Shown: positions 54,199-59,931 of the stretch, in pieces
Layout of the letters: each line of letters begins with the position of its first letter
Numbering within the stretch: position 1 is the first letter of the stretch
DNA from: Candidatus Pacearchaeota archaeon
Lineage (GTDB): Archaea > Nanobdellota > Nanobdellia > Pacearchaeales > GW2011-AR1
Direction of reading: 5' to 3'
DNA: 59,931 nt
NCBI GenBank assembly: GCA_027021195.1
Contig: JALUUW010000018.1
Location: forward strand, 1 to 59,931
Translations under genes and position numbers: made by a program
The notes under the pieces: model-generated
The model's input: the letters and a program-made list of their open reading frames with translations, nothing else
Database searches by the model: none
What the model was told of the DNA's origin: nothing

Positions 54199-55401
54199 TT
54201 AAATTTTCAGACTGCACTCAATTTCAATAAGCCTTCTTAATTTTGCCTCTCTTTCTTTTCCGCTAATTCCGCACTTGAGAAAATCTGCGCCAAATCCGAA
54301 TGCGAGGTCTGCAAGAATGCCTTCTTCTGTTTCTCCGCTTCTGTGGGAAAAGACTATTTTTAAGCTGTTCTCTTTGGCAAGCTTGCAAACCTCTCTGACT
54401 TCCAGAAGAGAGCCGTTCTGGTTTGGCTTTACAATGACTGCATTGACGCTCTTCATTTCAATTGCTTTTTTCAGTCTTTTGTAATTTGTTACAGTTAAAT
54501 CATCTCCGACAATGAGCCTGTCCGGAAATCTTTTTAAAAGCCTTGAAAAGCTTTCAAAGTCTTCCTCATGAAATGGATCTTCTACATAAAGCAGATGGAA
54601 ATTTTTAATAAGGTTTGACAGGTATTCAAGCTGCTCTTCAGTATTTCTGTCAATCATGGGATTTTCATAATGGTATTTTTTTCTTTTAAAAAAGCCAGAA
54701 GCAGCAGCATCAAACCCTTCATCCAAATATAATTTTCTTTCATCCCATATGTTGTCTTTTAAATCTTTCAGAACCTCAAGAACCCTTTTATCATCAAGAC
54801 TTGTTATCCATGCTTTCTCATCATTTTCCTTTCCATTAAAATCCTTGTCAACATTTTCTAAAATAATCTTGGCATTGAGCTTTGCATTCTGATTAACATC
54901 AAAAGCCTGTAACACAGATCTCGTATCAGGAATAAGAAGGAACTCCTGAAAGTCGGGTTTTTTTGCAGAGCTGCTTATCTGAGAATGCTTTCCTCCTCCT
55001 ATGCAGTTTCCAACGAGCTTTGGAAGCTTTTTAGAAGATGGATTAATAAGCTGCCACACTTCTTTTTTCTGCTCTTCTGCCATTGCTTTTAAAACTGCAG
55101 ATTCAAGGGCAAAAAGAGTGTTTGCCCCTATGTGTCCGTCAACTATGTCCTCAATCCTTCTTAAATCATCAAAGTTCTCTATAATCTCTTCTGAAAAATA
55201 ATCACTGAATTTCTTTAGTGTTTTTATGTCATCATCAAGGCTTTTTCTATATGGTTTTGCTTCGTGCTTCCCTCTTGATTTTCCGTTTGGTGCTGATGAA
55301 GAAAAACTTTTTCCGCTGGATGTTTTGATTTTTACAAGAATTGTTTTCTCTTTTCTTGAATCAAGAATGCTTTTTGCTGTGACTCTCTTTATTACAGTCA
55401 T
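54199..55401 (-). CDS. eno: Enolase (short, divergent)
   Basis: SHRSGETE signature near the C-terminus, and the conserved rpoK-eno-uS2 neighbourhood. Confidence 0.85.
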   Translation of the reverse strand: MTVIKRVTAKSILDSRKEKTILVKIKTSSGKSFSSSAPNGKSRGKHEAKPYRKSLDDDIKTLKKFSDYFSEEIIENFDDLRRIEDIVDGHIGANTLFALESAVLKAMAEEQKKEVWQLINPSSKKLPKLVGNCIGGGKHSQISSSAKKPDFQEFLLIPDTRSVLQAFDVNQNAKLNAKIILENVDKDFNGKENDEKAWITSLDDKRVLEVLKDLKDNIWDERKLYLDEGFDAAASGFFKRKKYHYENPMIDRNTEEQLEYLSNLIKNFHLLYVEDPFHEEDFESFSRLLKRFPDRLIVGDDLTVTNYKRLKKAIEMKSVNAVIVKPNQNGSLLEVREVCKLAKENSLKIVFSHRSGETEEGILADLAFGFGADFLKCGISGKEREAKLRRLIEIECSLKI

Positions 55402-55494
55402 AAATCAAGTAGAAATCTCTGATTTAAATAGGTTTGTATATGTGAAATACTATAATCCCTGCCTCAAAGATAATTCAAAAGGAACAGAATAAAT

Positions 55495-55869
55495 TTACAT
55501 TTCTTCAAGCTTTTCCTCGCCAACAACCTCTCCTTCCTGCTCGTCTTCAGGGATTGCAAGCTCCATAATCTCTCCTTCTTTTGCAATGTCCTCTTCTTCT
55601 TCAGCCTCTTTTTCTTCAATTTTTTTATCACTGATCTTCTCTACTGCTCTCTTCAGTTCCTCCTCTTTTCTTTTTGGAAGAGGTCTCTTCACAGATATTG
55701 GAAGAATGTTTGAATTGAACTCAATCTCAGCTATTTTCAAAGCATCGAATTTTATTTTTTCAAGATCTTCCTGGCTTATTTTTATTAGTAATGGTGCATT
55801 CATGGCTATCTGGAGAGCTCTTGCTCCGATAATTCTTGCTATTTCATATTTTGTCAGCTCTTGCTCCAT
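55495..55869 (-). CDS. rpoK: DNA-directed RNA polymerase subunit K (Rpo6) with an acidic C-terminal tail
   Basis: [22 protein letters not shown] core, followed by about 60 aa rich in E/K. Confidence 0.8.
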   Translation of the reverse strand: MEQELTKYEIARIIGARALQIAMNAPLLIKISQEDLEKIKFDALKIAEIEFNSNILPISVKRPLPKRKEEELKRAVEKISDKKIEEKEAEEEEDIAKEGEIMELAIPEDEQEGEVVGEEKLEEM

Positions 55870-55870
55870 T

Positions 55871-56689
55871 TTACTTTAAATATTTGTTTATTTTTAAAGT
55901 AATCTCTTTTGATACTTTTTCTATAATATTTAATATTTTTTCCATTTCTTCTATACTTAACTCTTTTTCCCCTCCTTTCTGCATTGAGTGTATTGTTCCA
56001 TTTGAGATGCATACAGTAACTCTTGTTTCACTTATGTCCTCCTCTTCCCGTGTAGGATCTACAATCAAGTGGTCACCTATTTTATGAACACTAAGAGAGA
56101 GGGGAATTTCTTTTGACAGGGGAATCTCTTTATCAGACAACTCTCCATACAGGACTTTTTCTTCTTTGTCGTCGTATTTTGGTATTCTCGCGGTCTTTAA
56201 TGCAACTACTGCACCAATTCCAGCAGCATCCATAAGATTTCCATCGTCATTTATTGAATATATGTCTATAAATATGTTCCATACTTTCTCGCCTTCTTTT
56301 ATGCATAACTTGTCAAGCTGAATTAATTTGCTTTCTCTTATGCCTCTGTCAATAACTCTTCCCAACTCAATGGCCTCAAATCTTGGAGGCCCTGCCTCAA
56401 ATCTTGGAGAGCTTAAGGGAAGCAGCTCTGCAGTTACCATGAGGTTTCCTTTGTCAGGAGAGTCTGGGTAAGGCTCGGCAGTATCCATTTTAACGCCTAC
56501 AATAACTTCTGTTTTTCCTATTTTCACTCTTGCAGATCCTTCTGCTTTTTTTGAGATTCCTGTTTCTATTGCTATCTCTCTGAATTCATCTTCTTTTCTT
56601 TGGTCAAACCTTTTCCCGTCTAAGAGATACCTTTTGATTCTCTCTCCTGTAAGATCTGGTGTTGTAAGTACTTTTTCCATTTTATTCAT
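55871..56689 (-). CDS. rrp42: Exosome complex subunit Rrp42
   Basis: RNase PH-like fold pattern ([14 protein letters not shown]...[19 protein letters not shown]). Its start overlaps the rrp41 stop. Confidence 0.8.
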   Translation of the reverse strand: MNKMEKVLTTPDLTGERIKRYLLDGKRFDQRKEDEFREIAIETGISKKAEGSARVKIGKTEVIVGVKMDTAEPYPDSPDKGNLMVTAELLPLSSPRFEAGPPRFEAIELGRVIDRGIRESKLIQLDKLCIKEGEKVWNIFIDIYSINDDGNLMDAAGIGAVVALKTARIPKYDDKEEKVLYGELSDKEIPLSKEIPLSLSVHKIGDHLIVDPTREEEDISETRVTVCISNGTIHSMQKGGEKELSIEEMEKILNIIEKVSKEITLKINKYLK

Positions 56690-57392
56690 TATCCTCTTTC
56701 AGACTCTCTTTTAGTGCCTGTTTTTGAATCTCATAAATCTCTTTTGTTGCTTTTTCTGCGAGCTTTATTGCTTCTTTTAATTGCTCTTTCTTGATTTTTC
56801 CATCTAACTGAATATGAGTTATCTTCCCGTCTTGAGTAAGGCTTATTGGAATATCTGTGGCGCCTTCTCCCTCCTCCCAGTCCTCTTCTTCTTTTGTTAA
56901 GTCAGTAACAAGCTGATTGTCAAGCTTCCCTATTGAGATGCTTGAAACAAGATTTTTCATTGAGATGCCTGCATGCGCCAAAGCAAGAGAAGCGGCATTT
57001 ATTCCAGCGCATCGTGTTGATGCATCTGCCTGAAGAATGTTTATATGCACGTCAACAACCATGTTTGGAAACTTATCCAGCATAACAACAGGGTCAAGAG
57101 CCCACTCTGTTATCTTGCTTATCTCAGTGCTTCTTCTGCTTGGCCCCGGCCTTATTCTGTCTGTGACAGAGAAGCTTATCATGTTGTAGCTGCATCTTAA
57201 TGTTCCTTTCTCAGGGTTCTGCTTGTGTTGAGGATGCATTATTTTTGGTCCGTATACAGCAGCTATTGCAACAGTGTCTCCAAAGGAAAACATAGCGCTT
57301 CCGTCTGCATTTGGAACAACCCCTACTTTTGCGCTCATAGGCCTAAGCTCATCAGCTTTTCTTCCATCTGGTCTTTTAAAGTTTTTTGTCAT
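56682..57392 (-). CDS. rrp41: Exosome complex exonuclease Rrp41 (RNase PH-type)
   Basis: RPDGRKADELRP...ADGSAMFSFGDTVAIAAVYGP pattern. Confidence 0.85.
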   Translation of the reverse strand: MTKNFKRPDGRKADELRPMSAKVGVVPNADGSAMFSFGDTVAIAAVYGPKIMHPQHKQNPEKGTLRCSYNMISFSVTDRIRPGPSRRSTEISKITEWALDPVVMLDKFPNMVVDVHINILQADASTRCAGINAASLALAHAGISMKNLVSSISIGKLDNQLVTDLTKEEEDWEEGEGATDIPISLTQDGKITHIQLDGKIKKEQLKEAIKLAEKATKEIYEIQKQALKESLKEDNE

Positions 57393-57408
57393 TTTCCTAT
57401 CATTAATT

Positions 57409-57588
57409 TTATTTTTTTATTCCTCTTGAATGGTCGTAAGATTTTCCGATTATTCTTATAGAGTAACCTCTCCTGGATAATGCGGCAAAAACACTTCTTT
57501 CTATTTTTTCACTGGTGATTCCCTCTTTTATCCCTATTCTTAGCTTTCCAATTTCCCATCTTCTTCCAGATTCTTTCTCAGCATTCAT
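57409..57588 (-). CDS. Small basic ORF (59 aa) between rrp4 and rrp41
   Basis: Hand-translated as MNAEKESGRRWEIGKLRIGIKEGITSEKIERSVFAALSRRGYSIRIIGKSYDHSRGIKK. Its ATG overlaps the rrp4 stop (ATGA). One residue below the ORF-track cutoff. Confidence 0.35.
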   Translation of the reverse strand: MNAEKESGRRWEIGKLRIGIKEGITSEKIERSVFAALSRRGYSIRIIGKSYDHSRGIKK

Positions 57589-58274
57589 TTTTTCTCCTTT
57601 TCAAACCATTTTTTTATTTCTTCTGTCAGGCCTTTGACAAAAGACCTTTTTGCCACAAATAATATTGCTCTTTTTGCAAACAACTCATTTTCAACTCTGT
57701 CTCCTTTTATCCATATAAGGCCATTCTGCCCGACAGTGATCTTGCAATCTGTTTCATCTTTTATAAGTTTTATCATGCTCCCGTCTTTCCCTATGACTCT
57801 TGGAACTTTGTTTGAGTTTATTCTCAGGATTATTCCTTCATCTATCTTTCCAAGCCCTCTTGACTTTATGCTTAAGTCTATTCCTCTTTTTCCAATGCTC
57901 CATATTTTTGCAACAATCATATCTCCAATATCCATGACTTCTTCCAGCCCATCCTTGTTTACATATCTTGGAACTTCTGCTAAAGACAAAAATGCGCTTT
58001 CAGGAGAGTCAATATCTATAATCCACCCATTCGGAGTGATATTGTCAACTTTCCCTATAACAACATTTCCTCTTCTCGGATGATAGACTCCTGACAAAGG
58101 GATTACTTTTACGAGCCTGTTTTGCTCTTCAGCAAGGCCGTACTTCACTGAAACAATCTCCTCCCCTCTTCTTTCTGTACCCTCTCCTGGAAGATACTCA
58201 TTTCCCTTAACAATAACTTCTCCTGGAATTACTATTTTTCTTTCTCCTTCTTTTGAATTTTTTTCACTCGCCAT
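57585..58274 (-). CDS. rrp4: Exosome complex RNA-binding subunit Rrp4 (S1 + KH)
   Basis: S1-like VIGKVDNITPNGWIIDI and KH-like KVPRVIGKDGSMIKLI. Confidence 0.85.
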   Translation of the reverse strand: MASEKNSKEGERKIVIPGEVIVKGNEYLPGEGTERRGEEIVSVKYGLAEEQNRLVKVIPLSGVYHPRRGNVVIGKVDNITPNGWIIDIDSPESAFLSLAEVPRYVNKDGLEEVMDIGDMIVAKIWSIGKRGIDLSIKSRGLGKIDEGIILRINSNKVPRVIGKDGSMIKLIKDETDCKITVGQNGLIWIKGDRVENELFAKRAILFVAKRSFVKGLTEEIKKWFEKEKK

Positions 58275-58277
58275 TTT

Positions 58278-58958
58278 TTATTCTTCTTTAATCTCTTCAG
58301 TAAGGGCGCTTCCGTGAGTTATTGCATTTAATTTATCATAAAAGTCAATAATCATTCCAGCAGGAACTTTTACAATAACTTCAAGACTCCCGTCAGAAAG
58401 CCAGTTTTCCTCTTCCTTATACTGGCTTATGACTCCATATGCCTTTCCTGTATGTACTGCAGGTATTGTCACCTTTACCTTTTTTGTTTCAATTTTTATC
58501 GGGATTATCTTGCTTATCTCCTGAACAATCTCTTTAATCTGGTTTTCTATTGGAACATTCTTTATATTGACATGCGCCTGCTCTAAGGCGTTTTTTATTC
58601 TCTCAGGAGAGTGAGGGTTTCCTGTTTGAGGGTCAATAGAATTGGTTGCCAGGAAATCAACTATCTGCTTGAATTTCTTTTCTTTTTCTGCATCTCTGTA
58701 TTCCTGAGTTACGAGAATCTCTCCGTTTCTGACAATTTTTTCTGCAATATCAAGAACATCCTCTGTTCCAAAGGCCTCTTTTAAGTCAGAGTGCGGTGCA
58801 GCCATCCCTTTTTTTGAGTCAGTAAATATCCTGTCAATCTCCAGAAAGTCTTCAACACTCACTGGCTCTCCCCTCTTAAATGCCATTGCTTTATCCAAAT
58901 CAACAATAATTTCAAAATGTTTTCCTGACTGCTTTATTCTTGCTGTTGTTTGAACCAT
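58278..58958 (-). CDS. SBDS/Sdo1 family ribosome maturation protein
   Basis: ARIKQSGKHFEIIVDLDKA N-terminal pattern, in the conserved position between psmA and rrp4. Confidence 0.85.
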   Translation of the reverse strand: MVQTTARIKQSGKHFEIIVDLDKAMAFKRGEPVSVEDFLEIDRIFTDSKKGMAAPHSDLKEAFGTEDVLDIAEKIVRNGEILVTQEYRDAEKEKKFKQIVDFLATNSIDPQTGNPHSPERIKNALEQAHVNIKNVPIENQIKEIVQEISKIIPIKIETKKVKVTIPAVHTGKAYGVISQYKEEENWLSDGSLEVIVKVPAGMIIDFYDKLNAITHGSALTEEIKEE

Positions 58959-59683
58959 TATTTAATAAACTCCTTTAATTTTCCGCTTTCAAATCTCTTT
59001 ATTCCTTCAGAATCATTTTTGATATAAGCAAGCTCAAATCTCTCAAGATTGAATTTGTCTTTTTGTATTTCTTTAAATATGTCTAAAGCAAGCCGGACTC
59101 CTTTTTTTATTGTCAGCTCTTTTTTGTATTTTTCCCTAAGTTTTTCTTTTATCTTTTCATCATTCTCACCAATGGCATTTGCATGATAAGAGAAATAATT
59201 TCCAGTTACACTTGTTGTATAAAGCTCTGGTTTTTTATTCCTTACTCCTGCAATCATCAGGGAAACTCCAAAAGGCCTTGCTCCTCCGTACTGGCTGAAT
59301 TGCTGTTTTATATTTGATATTTCTTTAACTATGAGTTCCGGCTCTGCTGGAGAATCATAAGTGACTCTGTGCTGCTGCGCCAAAACCTGAGCTCTCTCAA
59401 CCAAGACCCTTGCATCAGCCACTATTCCCGCCACACTTAGAATTATATGGGAGTCAATTTCATATATCTTGTTTGCAGATTCTTTCACTATAAGGCTGTC
59501 ATCAAGCCTTTTGTCAGCAATTATTAGCACACCGTCGCTGCATACCATTCCAATGCTTGCACTTCCAAGCCTGACTGCTTTTTCAGCATACTCCACCTGC
59601 AGCAAATGGCCTTCTGGAGAGAACATTGTTGCAGTTCTGTCATAGCCCATTGCCTGATGCTGGATATCTGTAGGCATTTCCAT
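58958..59683 (-). CDS. psmA: Proteasome alpha subunit
   Basis: YDRTATMFSPEGHLLQVEYA signature. 241 aa. Confidence 0.92.
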   Translation of the reverse strand: MEMPTDIQHQAMGYDRTATMFSPEGHLLQVEYAEKAVRLGSASIGMVCSDGVLIIADKRLDDSLIVKESANKIYEIDSHIILSVAGIVADARVLVERAQVLAQQHRVTYDSPAEPELIVKEISNIKQQFSQYGGARPFGVSLMIAGVRNKKPELYTTSVTGNYFSYHANAIGENDEKIKEKLREKYKKELTIKKGVRLALDIFKEIQKDKFNLERFELAYIKNDSEGIKRFESGKLKEFIK

Positions 59684-59838
59684 TTTATCTGAATGTTTCT
59701 AAACAAGAAAATACTTGTTTTTTGTTCATTTTTATTTATTGTTTAGAGAAATTTATAATAAATTTAACTTTTTCTTTCTCTGTTCAAAAAATAAATGAAG
59801 TTTTGGTTTAAAAGGTTTTTGGTCGTGTTAAGTCCACT

Positions 59839-59931
59839 TTATAACTTAACATAAAGATTAATTGGGTAATCATTAACCCCTCTGTGATACCTCTTTTCAT
59901 TAAACCATTTCCTCCACTCTTCCAGCTTTCC
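59839..59931 (-). CDS. C-terminal fragment of an rve/integrase-core-like transposase (gene continues beyond the window)
   Basis: The frame is open to the window edge: GKLEEWRKWFNEKRYHRGVNDYPINLYVKL-stop. The W..FN..R.H..L pattern is typical of DDE integrase-core C-termini. Confidence 0.35.
   Translation of the reverse strand, partial: GKLEEWRKWFNEKRYHRGVNDYPINLYVKL

Overview
This is a visibly AT-rich, gene-dense archaeal chromosome segment. The core genes are archaeal-type information-processing genes: PheRS alpha/beta, SerRS, FEN1, RFC small and large subunits, endonuclease III, and a fused conserved block psmA-SBDS-rrp4-rrp41-rrp42-rpoK-eno-uS2, plus uS10 and eL41. Compact proteins, intron-containing tRNAs, charged low-complexity tails and TATA boxes about 20-25 nt upstream of ATGs suggest a small-genome DPANN-like archaeon (inference only). 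RNA genes are a minus-strand 16S - tRNA-Ala(intron) - 23S operon with flanking processing-stem inverted repeats, and five other tRNAs: Thr, Gln, Glu with an ~80-nt intron, Asp and Ser. I found no 5S rRNA and no CRISPR array. Membrane and ion functions include two P2-type P-ATPase paralogs, two CPA2 antiporters and several small membrane proteins. The accessory content I consider most notable is:
- A 3.5-kb transposon (32042-35543) with a hand-verified 9-bp target-site duplication and 24-bp terminal inverted repeats. It carries a DDE transposase plus an R-M-like cargo.
- A 50-nt near-perfect duplication of the serS 3' end that brackets an orphan 273-aa gene.
- Two small ORFs sitting inside the 16S-23S spacer.
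- A HerA-like ATPase followed by two tightly linked Cys-containing orphan ORFs (a third orphan ORF, with its own TATA box, lies between them and fen).
- A double-length ThyX with its catalytic motifs split between the two halves.
- A pilin-signal esterase fusion.
- Several small genes below the 60-aa ORF-track cutoff: eL41, two Zn-finger proteins, and a 59-aa ORF in the exosome operon.
All calls come from reading the sequence and from motif recall. RNA ends are accurate to within a few nt, and no database search was run.
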